Below are positions 10,505-21,240 of a DNA stretch of 32,896 bases, in pieces. The notes beneath the pieces are model-generated. The model was given only the letters and a program-made list of their open reading frames with translations. It was not told where the DNA came from and searched no databases. Within the stretch, counting starts at the first letter, position 1, and the number at the start of each line of letters is the position of its first letter. The DNA is from Callorhinchus milii (taxonomy: Eukaryota), in the NCBI RefSeq assembly GCF_018977255.1, contig NW_024705589.1:1-32896 (forward strand), read 5' to 3'. The translations under genes and the position numbers were made by a program.

Positions 10505-10693
10505 TTCAGACGCTGTTGCCCTGACAGACCTTGTTTCACCTGAGGACGGCTGCTTGCGTTGTGGCCGAAATGTCGTGAGAAATATTTTATTATGTTTTAT
10601 TTTTATTATTTTATTATTTCCCTTCTACGTGACTTTACCGAAAAAACCAAGAAGATGAATCCATGCAGTCATGGAACCTTTAAATCGAAATTT
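10505..10693 (+). mobile_element. Penelope-like pLTR fragment flanked by 10-bp direct repeat ATTGAACTCC (10495-10504, 10694-10703)
   Basis: Hammerhead-like core, T-rich tract, CTACGTGACTTTACCGAAAAAAC and ATGAATCC.TGCAGTCA tail shared with 12196-12558. Confidence 0.8.
10534..10580 (+). ncRNA. Minimal type I hammerhead ribozyme motif (variant)
   Basis: TTTCAC-CTGAGGA-C-GGCTGC-loop-GTGGCC-GAAAT-GTC-GTGAGA; stems I and II can pair; GAAAC changed to GAAAT. Confidence 0.6.
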
Positions 10694-10751
10694 ATTGAAC
10701 TCCGATCGCCAGGTTCATAGCACATTGCACTAACCGCTACACTACCGCTCT

Positions 10752-11040
10752 AAACATACACACAGACACAAGACTATGACAAATATCCCTCGTATAGCCT
10801 TAACAGCATGCTGGGGCAAATGCTGTTGGCGAGTACCTATGAAGGCCAGCACAACACGCGAGGGGGTAGGTGGCCAGCACCATGTTTACACACCGCACCA
10901 GATACTAATTTGAGGCTGAGTTGACCTAGGGGAGCCAAGGACCGGTTCAGATAATCCTCAATCGTGTTGGCAATAAGCTGCAATCAACCTGTGGTCGTCG
11001 GGTTCATAGCACAGAGCACTAATCACTACATGACCACTCA
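10752..11040 (-). mobile_element. tRNA-derived SINE, near full length, diverged
   Basis: Reverse complement matches 30172-30472 (GATTATCTGAACCGGTCCTTGGCT.CCCTAGGTCAACTC...GTAAACAT...GCCTTCATAGGT). Confidence 0.85.
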
Positions 11041-11044
11041 TTTG

Positions 11045-11137
11045 TCAACACACAACTACCACCATTTGCCACTAAGTGGCGGTGACGTCACCAGCGCGAT
11101 TGTGCCAGGCCATGTGCACTTTAAAGCTACGTGAAGC
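11045..11137 (-). mobile_element. 3' end of the RTE LINE
   Basis: Reverse complement matches 30079-30170 (GTGCACAT.GCCTGGCA...GGTGACGTCAC..CCACTTAGTGGCAAATGGTGGT + GTT/GT tail). Confidence 0.8.
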
Positions 11138-11261
11138 AATACGTACGTACAAACACATTTTACCTCATTCACTGATTCGTTACGTCATTCAATCATTCCT
11201 TCCAGCACCTCCCACTTGCCTTCTGATGCTTTCCTAATATTCCTGCAGGGCCACCCATTAC

Positions 11262-11597
11262 CAGGGAACGTCGTTGCTAGGGACAACCGTAGGCAAGGCA
11301 CCGTCGCTAGGGACGCCGTTGCTAGGGACGCCGTCGCTAAGGCTGCCCGTTGGTTCTAACGGCACCGTTGCTAGGGACGCCGTCGCTAGGGACGCCGTCG
11401 CTAAGGCTGCCCGTTGGTTCTATCGGCACCGTTGCTAGGGACGCCGTCGCTAGGGACGCCGTCGCTAAGGCTGCCCGTTGGTTCTAACGGCACCGTCGCT
11501 AGGGACGCCGTTGCTAGGGACGCCATCGCTAAGGCTGCCCGTTGGTTCTATCGGCACCGTTGCTAGGGAAGCCGTCGCTAATGGCACCATTGCTAAT
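11262..11597. repeat. 64-bp minisatellite (~4.5 copies) built from 15-bp subunits (GCTAGGGACGCCGTC)
   Basis: GGCACCG unit starts at 11297, 11361, 11425, 11489, 11553. Confidence 0.95.
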
Positions 11598-11639
11598 GTT
11601 GTGGTTTGGAGTGTGGTGAGTGGGAAGGTGAAGACGCTT

Positions 11640-11782
11640 GGAGTAGTCGTGATGTAGTGGTACAACTTGTTGCTGTAGTGGTGTAGAGCTGTGGTATTGT
11701 GTTGTGGTGCAGTGGTGGAGTGGTGTGGTGTGGTACCTAGTTGGAGTGTAGTGTGTGGGGTAGTGCAGTGGTGTGTGGTGGA
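11640..11782. repeat. (GTG/GTA/GTGTG)n low-complexity tract
   Basis: Direct reading. Confidence 0.85.
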
Positions 11783-12304
11783 GCTGTTTCGTTTTGAAGT
11801 TTTCATTGAGGGTGTAGTCTCAAACATAGACAGACAGAACGGAGACAGAGAGAGACAGACAGAGATACACTCCTCTGACTACTGAAACACATAAACACCG
11901 TCACGTGCACACAGTGACACACATGTTATGATAACAATCTCAGTCACGCCATGTAGGCTACGGGCCCAGTCTAAAACGTCACCAATATTTTCAGTTACAA
12001 TAATCAATTCTGTAAATTATGAAAAAAAAACCAATCATAACCAAATAATGGTGTAGGCTGAAAACAACACGCATTATTTCATTTAAAAGCACACGGCCAT
12101 GTGTGGATATGCAAAAAAAAACATCAACATTTCCTAAATACCTGCATTGTGGTCGTCTTGCCTGAGGTACTTCTCTACCCAACTTTGAGTAAACTTCTAG
12201 ATTTGAAGCTTTCGTGACTGCAAGGATTCATACTCTTAGTTTTTTCGGTAAAGTCACGTAGGTAAAAAATGAAATTAAAATTAATAAAATAAAATAATAA
12301 AAAT

Positions 12305-12345
12305 CACGACGTTTCGGAGGCAACACAAGTCTCCGTCATCAGGTG
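12305..12345 (-). ncRNA. Minimal type I hammerhead ribozyme motif (minus-strand arm)
   Basis: Exact reverse complement of 12447-12487. Confidence 0.7.
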
Positions 12346-12446
12346 GGACCGTCACAGCCAGATTTGCTGTATCAAGTGGGACCGTCACAGCCAGATTTGC
12401 TGTATCACTTGATCACTTGATACAGCAAATCTGGCTGTGACGGTCC

Positions 12447-12487
12447 CACCTGATGACGGAGACTTGTGTTGCCTCCGAAACGTCGTG
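12447..12487 (+). ncRNA. Minimal type I hammerhead ribozyme motif (plus-strand arm)
   Basis: CAC-CTGATGA-C-GGAGAC-ttgtgtt-GCCTCC-GAAAC-GTC-GTG; conserved core, no helix III, as known for Penelope-associated minimal hammerheads. Confidence 0.7.
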
Positions 12488-12869
12488 ATTTTTATTATTT
12501 TATTTTATTAATTTAATTTCATTTTTTACCTACGTGACTTTACCGAAAAAACTAAGAGTTTGAGTAAACTGGCAGCAACAGCAGCAGTGACAGACAAACT
12601 ATGGACTGGTTCTGACCTAATTCACGACAGAGGTCTCAACGCACAAGCAAAGTGACTTTCACTTCTCTTTCAGATCACCACCCTCTACTGAGCAGTCACG
12701 ATGGGTCTGACCACAGTCCTTAATTGCTACCTGTGGTCTACCAACTTGTCTACCAATTTGTCTGTCAATAATCCATCACCAATCCCCTCTGTTCTACATC
12801 TTGCAGCACTTTTTCAGTCAAATTTAATCACCATTTCTGGTACTCTGTCAAGCTCCATTCTCCAAAGTA

Positions 12870-13260
12870 CTGCAGTCTTGTCGCCTGTGCGTTTTGTGAA
12901 AATATTTGTTCTCATCTTAATTTGCGTATATCTTAATTATTATTGCCTCGAAACTCCAAATTATTCCCTCATGCCATCCATTTATGTCGTATTTTTCATT
13001 AATCTGTTTTGCTCAGACTCCAACATTCTGGTGCACATAACAGTACAATATTGGCACAATCTGTTTCGTAAGTATAATTTTCGTTTTGATATTGTCTTTG
13101 GATTTTCAGTTTTAATGAACTTTTCCAATGCATTTGTTATCCAACCCCTTTTTATACTCCAACTCCATCATCATATTGTCCAGTGTGTGACTTCTGTGAT
13201 CGACAACATTTTCTTCTCGTATATGTTGTTATGCCAATTTATCCAGGAAAACATCATTTA
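12870..13260 (-). mobile_element. Old, highly decayed LINE (RTE-like) post-RT fragment
   Basis: Minus strand yields NIKTKIIL...IVPIL / LLCAPECWSLSKTD / GVSRQ, resembling the L.YG.E.W.L region downstream of RT. Confidence 0.5.
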
Positions 13261-13614
13261 GTCTAAATAACGTTTCTCAGGAAGATTCTGCCACGCCCCC
13301 TTCTGGAACCTACCAGACGGTTCTCAGCTTCACCCCACATGTCCCCTTTGTCACTTTACTCTACATTCGTTACCCCGGCCTATCACGTGCCCTGCTGACA
13401 GACCGGCTGCTGTGTCCTCAAATGTCCCTTCTCTGCCAGCAACTGGCGCAACGCGCTCCAAGTGGCACATTTCACCTGCCCTGCTGGTAGACCGGGCTAC
13501 TACACCCATAATCCCGCTCTCTACCAGTAACCAGCGCTACGCGCTCTAGTGACCCATCCTATGTCACTACACTTGTACACTGATCACAGCCACACGGACA
13601 CAGATGCACACCAT

Positions 13615-13782
13615 CACCAAAAAAAGACAAAGATCCCACGCATTGCCTTAACAGACTGTTGGGGCAAGTGCTGTTCGCGAGTAGTACCTATGAAGGCCGG
13701 CACGGCATTCGAGGGGGTGGGTGGCCAGCACCACGCCCAGCCGCCTTTGTCTCCCCAGTGACGATGTTTACACACCGCACAG
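13615..13782 (-). mobile_element. 3' half of the tRNA-derived SINE
   Basis: Reverse complement of the 7803-7955 body. Confidence 0.88.
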
Positions 13783-14422
13783 TAACGGGCAACTTTTTCC
13801 ACCCGTGCTGAATAGCATTGTGAAGTTACATGACATAATGCCTCCATGGCGTAAAACCTCAATCACAGCAAGCATTTCCCAGCATTGAGAATCACTAAGT
13901 ATGAAGAGAACGCCTGCATTTTCCACGAACAACACATGGACCCCATCTGAAAACGAAGCAAACCATTTCCGATAATTACAGTGGGATATAGTTGGACTTT
14001 GTGATGAGAATAAGATATTTATGAGGATGACTATTGAAGCACAATTATGCGAATTCACTGGAACATTAACTTGATGACTTTGTAGATTGGTGGGGAACAC
14101 GGCCAGGATTGATTATAGGGGTCACGCAAGGGTCAAGGGACTACACCCAGAGAAATTATGAAAAATTGGATGCGATTGGAGGAAAAACCCAAAAGATACA
14201 TTTTATTTTTCGTGTAGATTTTCGGTACAGCTGTGGTATAATAAAATATTTAAAAAATGTACCGTACTCGTAATGGCAGAACTCCACGACTCCAGGAAGT
14301 GACCCCGCAGCTTGCCATAGTGTAAGGGACCTTGGTGATTTTCAGGCAACGTGAGTTGAGCGTGGACAATTAGACCCATAAAAAAGATTGTTTAATAATA
14401 AATATTTTAATTTTTTAATGAT

Positions 14423-14452
14423 NNNNNNNNNNNNNNNNNNNNNNNNNNNNNN
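14423..14452. other. Assembly gap (30 N)
   Basis: Run of n. Confidence 1.
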
Positions 14453-17400
14453 TGAAATCATCCCTGGGAAAATTTGCCTCAAGTAGCGAACTCACCTCCA
14501 CGGAAGACGTTCCACGAGCTCGATATGTCTTTAGCTGTAGCCCTCTGTATCGAGGGGACTCACGCACAAATTCTCAGGAACATCGCGGAGCGCACTCTGA
14601 GCAGGCGTTGGATTAGGCTAGTTCGAGTTCGGGACGAAGTGTTGAATGCTGCCGACAGTATTAGAATCTGGAATCCATTCGCGAAAGCACCCTTCACTCA
14701 ATGTTTCTTCCGTCTGGCGGGTAGATGAGTTCTAATCCTGGGTATGATGCGGCGCAGGCCAGCAAGACGTTTCCGGGAGCCACTTCGTGATTGTTTCCGT
14801 CATTTGCCGCGACCAAGGTACGATCACCGCTAAGGTGTTGATTACTACTATGTCACAGACTCGTGGCTTATCTCACTTCGAAAGGCTGCGTGTTGTGCTT
14901 TACTGAAGTCTAAGTAATCGAAACGGGGCGGGATCGCGACCATGTGTCGATTCCCTAGGACTCTCTATACCTCCGTATAGGAGTAGCACTGCCTTATTAT
15001 AATGGCGGCACGTACATGGTGCGACAACGCGATTTTGAATACTCTCTAACCAGACGTGGATAGGACCGTTTAACCACATCATATAAAGCATCAAGCTCAC
15101 CCTCGGGAAGTTGGAGCAATCATAGCCGTACAATTACTCCACGTGTGCGTTTTACCGCCTCTCAGCGGCACACGTTACTGCCAAGATCATCTGATGAAGT
15201 TCCCGAACGAACGTTTTGGTTGTAAGGGAGGTGGGGGAGGTAGAGTGACGCAAATAGTGCCCATTGCATCAATAATTGCCGCGAGTCGTGTCCCGACAAA
15301 GTCTACCATACCATTCTGCTTTTGTAAGTAGTATTATACACTTTTCTGTTATATTTGTGGCACGGTGCGACTGTGCACGCTTCTTCTCCGGTTTAGGCAT
15401 TGAACTCCCAGGCGACTTTAATCGGCTCTAATGCCCCGATAGATCCACCTTTATGGCCACGGTGCGTGCCTTACTATACGGGTCACGGCCATCGGTCCAA
15501 ATGCCGGCACAAGCCAGGCTGCAGATTTTTGCCCCAAGTGGGTAGAGATGGTATGCAAGAAGAGAAGGAGTGAGGTACCACACGGCAATAGCTCGAATGC
15601 AGCGTGCAAGAATGGAACTTAGAATGTTTGTCCTACTCACTCGCCTTTGCATTCCATTTCCTATGGCACGAAGTATACGTGTCGTACGGCTTAAACACTG
15701 GGTTTATTTAGTTCAACTGGTTCGCCTAAGTGATATGTACCTTGTCTAGGAGCTTGTCACTGACATCGGTGAGAATCAGTTAAAATGCACTAAACTTTTG
15801 GTGAAGACTCAGTCCGTGACAGTCATGGGGAGAACGCGAGAGTCTTTAATGATTTGCCTCCAATGTCACGCCCGCTTGGATTGGACACGTTCAAATTATC
15901 CTTATGGTCTCTACACGGGATCAAAGCCCTGAAAGCAAATTACCAAGTCCCTTGGTTATATCACCCCATTTAAATTATGACTAGCCCAACTTATCACAAG
16001 TTACATAGACCCTCTCCCATGACCCCATCCTCTCATTAAGTGCATGCGGACATGGAAAAGAGTGGGGCCGCTATAGTTTGATGGTCCTTCCCGATCAGGC
16101 GTGGACATACACAGCGCACAGCCATCCTTAAGAGTTTCTTATGGACTACTGGTACCGTGGAGCCGTTGAGTAACTTCGAGAAATATCGTCTGTCTTATTG
16201 GGCAGTTGCATCTGCGTAATTCCGCTAATTATGAGGCTGGCGGAAGAGTAGCATGTCTGAGTGACCTTCGAGCGGGTGCTGTGTGTTGCCTTGCAGGCTG
16301 GCGACTTCAGCGTAGGCAGTCTTATATCATTAGCGGTGAACCAGCAAATCGACATCATGTAGTGGCTCATCTTACAATGTTGGGAACGATGAATAGTGAA
16401 GTGGGCGTCCACGGTTACCATACCTGCGGGACCGTGATGCATTACTAGGTTATCCGCCGATTTCTTCATGCGACTAATTTGGCCGGACAGTCGACCGCTG
16501 CGATTCACCGCGGATCTGACGTTGATTAAAATTACGTATCTACATCCATCAGCAGTCTGAGACGTGAAAAGCTTAATCGTATCTGTTTCTTAAAATAACA
16601 TTGTAGATGAATAGAAACTATGATGTGTGTTTGTTTGAATCAGAGTCTTAGGGTTGACGTGTGAGCGCCTAGATTGGAAATACCCTCGATCGCCGTGGGC
16701 ACCTATGAGTTTTTTCGGGGACAGAACCTCTTGCTAGGCAGGGAAACTCCTGGAATCATGTCGGTATATGTGGAGATCCGCCTGATTGAGGATCTAATCC
16801 GTCTCGAGAGCCCTACCTCCGCCTTCTCTAGGGTGGCATCATACTGGAGACTATAAAAAGTGATCGCCAGTGTCGAAAAGGTCAGATAGGGCAAACAAAA
16901 GCGGTGCTTTCCCAAAATGGTTATGTTGGAAGCCGGAGCTCCTCTTGTCGGCTTGAACTAAGATGCCGTACTCTCTGTCTTTCATCGGAAGGAGCTATTT
17001 CTAATGTGCAATATCATAAGGCATGGGGAAATAACGAGGACGATCGATCCTCCGAACAATGTTACCGCGCCGACAGGAAGGGGGCTTACGGGCCAGGTCA
17101 TCAAGCGCCCATACCTTAGACACACTAAGGAGAAGGTTGGGTGTCAGCGGTATTTGCTTAGGAGACCATTATTCCAAAGCGCCTTCCTAAATAAGAGAAA
17201 TGGGATAGCATCTGCCGCGGATCAACGGTAGAGAGAATCCACAGCATTCCTGCTCCCGAAAGTCCTGGCTTGGTGCCTCCCGAATTTGCGGTACACTTGT
17301 AGTAAGCTCACCGGATGCTTGGAACTAAACAGTGCTACACCCGAGGGTAGCTTCGACACACCATCCGGTTTAAAGCTGATCCGACGTGTGCGAGAGTGTC

Positions 17401-20400
17401 GCCCTCAGCGGGACCCGTAACCGGGTTGGTAGGATGGAAAGCTAGAGGCAGACTCGAAAAAGCTGTGGTCGGAGCCGCTGATGACAAAGTAATGATTTTC
17501 TCTCAGATGACCGCAGTCTCGAAAGGCCCGACTATTCATCGTGTCCGTATCCGTAGAAAGTGGGACCGTACCTTAATTGTTGGTAGAACAATCTTCTTAA
17601 TCCCGGTATAGGGGTAAGGGTCCCCCAGGGGCACCAGGCAGGGTGTTTAGTTACTGGACGATTTAGCAGCAACCCACACTGCTCTAGTTCATTTAGGGAG
17701 TGGCCCCCTTAATCTAGATGTGCAGAGCGTATGCGATGGACCGCGAGTGATGACTATCGACAAAACACCAACGAATATGTATCGGTGGAGAAGTGACTTC
17801 GAGGACAAGAGCCCGTTTTATACAAAACCATCAACGACCGTTGAATCGGCCCCTGCGCTGAAAAGTAAAACCCAGAGTCATAGCACCAAATCGGCTCCTG
17901 GGGTCAGATTAGACACAATAACCCACCCGCCCGCACAGCTCTCATACTCTGCGCGGAGTCCCCGCAGCGCGAGTTAAAAGTCAACTGCAATGCGCTATAG
18001 TACTAGCCGGCCCAACGACCGCACTAGGATTGCCAGTACAAATGAGCCCAGGAGCATATAGGGCTGCTTCTCAAAAAGGGAGGACACGTATCCATTGTCG
18101 CTGCCCCATTTTGGTGACCGATTGTCGGACCCGCATCCCCGTTCAGAGTTTTGTAGGGTAACAGACCTGACCCAGTATCGGATTGATGATAAAACACGAC
18201 GACCCAGTGACCTAAGCTACGTGTACTCTGCAAAGACAGGACCCAGCCACCCATCCGTGATTCTTTACGCATTGTCCAGTGATCTACAGCATTAAGCATA
18301 AATTTTTAGGCCATCCGTATTGGTCACCGGCTAGCTAGACATGGTCGAAGCGATAAGCATACCCTGTGGATTCTCTATACATTGTCCCTCACTGCTTGAA
18401 GCAAAGACCTCGAAGTATGTGTTCGTGCCAGTAGCGTCAGCCGGATGTCCGCGACATCGACGTTTTAATTTCTCACGGGAGCTACGGGACATGAACTAAC
18501 GCAAGGCTATTTGCGAAAATACCTTAAATACAAAACATTTCATGCAGCTTTCGCGACAATTCCTGACGGGGATATGTTTATCGGTCAGTCAGGTAGGTCT
18601 TGTCGACTGATTTAGGTCCAAAAATGGACGATGGTCACAATTGGATTACTACGACGGCTAAGTCTGCATCTGCAGTACTGCGCCGGAGATCCCAAGCTCG
18701 GAAAACATATACAAAGGAGGCGCGGTCCTGTTTAGTCATGATTTGCCCGCAGGACAACTTGGAAGCACATTGAAAGCCTCTTGATAAATCTCGGCGCGCC
18801 AAATTGGAATTAGGTACCCATTCCCATATTTTTTTAAAGAGCAGAACCGCAGTTTGACTCTAGATTTTGTGCAGGTTAGTAGCTGGAGACATTCGGGGCT
18901 GCAGACCTGTTCAACAATTTGACTGCGGAGGCCACTGCATTCACGACGAAATGACATTAGGTACTTCCCGTGTAAAGCGGATGTGTCCCTACCACTAATC
19001 AGGACCTCGGATATTCCCACTCAATCTAATCCGCGTGGTATCCTTAACCAAGGTCTCCGACGTCATGGGGATCGTGAGGCATAAGTAGCAGTGCTGATGT
19101 TCGTCGTGCTTGAACGAACGATGAATGCTATCCCTAACGTGGGAGGCGCTTACCTACATGGGATGCCCACTTCTATGCCGATCTCAGCAGATGCCCCTAG
19201 GCATGGTCTAACAACGTGCTGATATGAATGGAATCGTTAGAAGAGCCACTAGTATCTAGAAGGGACTATGAGCAGACAGCACATGAATTTGCCTTACACT
19301 GAGTGCACCACCTGGAAATCCCCTCAGGCTAGGCAGCGTCCCTGCCTAAACCTACAGAGCCCTAACCGATATATGCATACGCCGATCCATGCAGTGTCGA
19401 AATCCGGGGTCCCCGATGAAAACACTAGGGCCAGTCTAGTAGGCGTTATTGGTTTGCCGAGTCATGGACGACGAAAATTCGGCCGAAGTACAAGGGGATC
19501 TGCTTACTGCGATGGCGTTAAAACACAACGGGAGGATTTGTAGCTGAGGTGGATTGTACTCTACTGATCCATTTCCTGGCGAAGAATTAGGGGAACCGCC
19601 TCCCCAAGAGATTTATCTCACGAGACAGTAAAGCTAAGCGGCCTCACTTGTGCAGGGAACCGTGTACCTTCATTTCTGTATAATTCACGTGTGCGGACAC
19701 GCAGTTAATATCCAAGCGGATCTTCACGTATAAGAAATCTCCCCTCAGCGTCGGGACGCCACTCACAACATTTTTATAGACCCGTACGTGTCACAGACTG
19801 ACCGGATGTGCTAGTCTCCCCGCTCTTTGTGCACGAAGTTATGAAATAACGGGCCGTACTTTTCGAAGGGTTTACGAATTAAGCCCGAACTTGTTTTGAA
19901 CTGGGTATCGTCCCGAGTCCGGATTATATCCCCCCGAGGTCGGGTAACTTGACTCAACCCAGGCGCATAGAACATTATTGTCCCCCGTACTACAATTGGC
20001 TGTGTTCACTTTAGAACTCTATTCGTGGATTCCGTTGCCGGGGTATATAATTGTTAACAAACTGTAACTGGCATCCGACTTTTGTCGACTGTTTGTTGTA
20101 CTGCCTAGCCTACCGAATTCCCCTACTAGCGGGCCTCTTGTCCAAAGACGGATTGCTGGAAACTCCGAGCTGTACCCGGTCCTGTCTTCGGTGATGAGTA
20201 AGCCCAGGCATAGAGAACGTACTCATAGTTAAGTAGCACAGACCTAAGATACGTACAGCCATGGATAAAAGTGCGGGATCTTTTACTGACCCACGATACC
20301 TACGAGAATAAGTCATTATGTAGAAATGGTCCGGAGATGGTGGCTTACGCAGAAATGTTTACATGGGCTGGACCACTTGGCATCTGCAAGTAACATTACG

Positions 20401-21240
20401 CTACAGGTCGAGATGGATTGCTAAACGCAGACGACGACTTGAATGCGCAATTGCTATTGGCGTATGCCCGCAAACATTGAGGCTCCAATAATCTAGATAC
20501 TTGGGCACCACTCCCCCCAACTGCAGGCACAACTGGGTTATTAAAATGGCGTAGCAAAATAAGAGCAGGGTTCTTTTGGTGCATTGTGCAGACCTGGAAT
20601 ACCTATTTATGCAACCGAACTGAGTGTGGTAGTCAACTTTGCGTCCAACGGTATCGAGGTATCTCATCGCTGAACTTTTGGTCCACCGTTATTTAAGTGT
20701 GCAGTAAATAGTTTAGTAGGTCACTGAATTCTTGCAGTCGTAAATGAAACATAGTTGGCTTCGGTGCTTTAAGGACAGAAATCGAGATAATCCTTACTCA
20801 GGTGATGAGCCCGTTGCTGAAGGACTGCTGATCTTGTTGAAGGTCGGTAGGCCGTTACCGAGTGTATAGTACGCCGAGTTTGTGCACCCCAAGTCAAACG
20901 AGGGAGTCAGGCACGGGCTGCTCGGGGTTCGCGTTGGGTTTGATTTTGAAGCCATCTGGGGTACCGATTTCTATGGCAGTTTCTGCTACGATCTTCCTCT
21001 CCGCGCGACAGCGATTTCGAGGTAGTGGAGGATCTCCAAATCCTAAATGGCAAACTGGCGTGATGTAAATGCAACGTAAAGGCAGGGATAAAATTCGACA
21101 CCCAGTAAAAGTGGTTAAGGGAAACCCTGTTCGTTATCTAGATGGGAGTGACTAAGCTGATTACCGGTTTTTCAGTAGATGTGGATCTTATAACTACTGA
21201 ACTTTCCGGGTTCCTGTGAGATCGTCGAGCAGATAGGCGG
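14453..21240. other. Featureless, random-looking block of unknown origin
   Basis: By eye near-equal base use, abundant CG and TA, no microsatellites or local TE copies; longest listed ORF 120 aa with no recognisable motif. Confidence 0.75.

Larger units (their letters stand above)
10472..10751 (-). mobile_element. SINE 5' head interrupted by the Penelope-like insertion and truncated at the hAT TIR
   Basis: Reverse strand reads GAGCGGTAGTGTAGCGGTTAGTGC...ATGAACCTGGCGATCGGAGTTCAAT, then resumes TCTCGTTAACGGTCATCACCAGT beyond the insertion. Confidence 0.7.
12196..12558. mobile_element. Young Penelope-like insertion made of two inverted pLTR copies, flanked by 12-bp direct repeat TTTGAGTAAACT
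   Basis: Arms 12232-12378 and 12414-12559 are reverse complements except for a 1-nt indel; direct repeats at 12184-12195 and 12559-12570. Confidence 0.85.

Noticed and set aside
12701..13261. 186-aa hydrophobic ORF
   Set aside because: T-rich antisense strand of a decayed LINE fragment
15185..15220. CTGATGA-A-GTTC-cc-GAAC-GAAC hammerhead-like string
   Set aside because: GAAA core absent, 2-nt loop, no convincing stem I; plausible by chance
16208..20390. 8-mer GCATCTGC seen four times (two copies 1000 bp apart)
   Set aside because: No flanking similarity or regular period; some 8-mer reaching four copies in 6.8 kb is not improbable
14474..21101. Many 60-120 aa ORFs read as a novel operon or viral insert
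   Set aside because: Lengths are as expected by chance, many have non-ATG starts, and there is no strand coherence or motif
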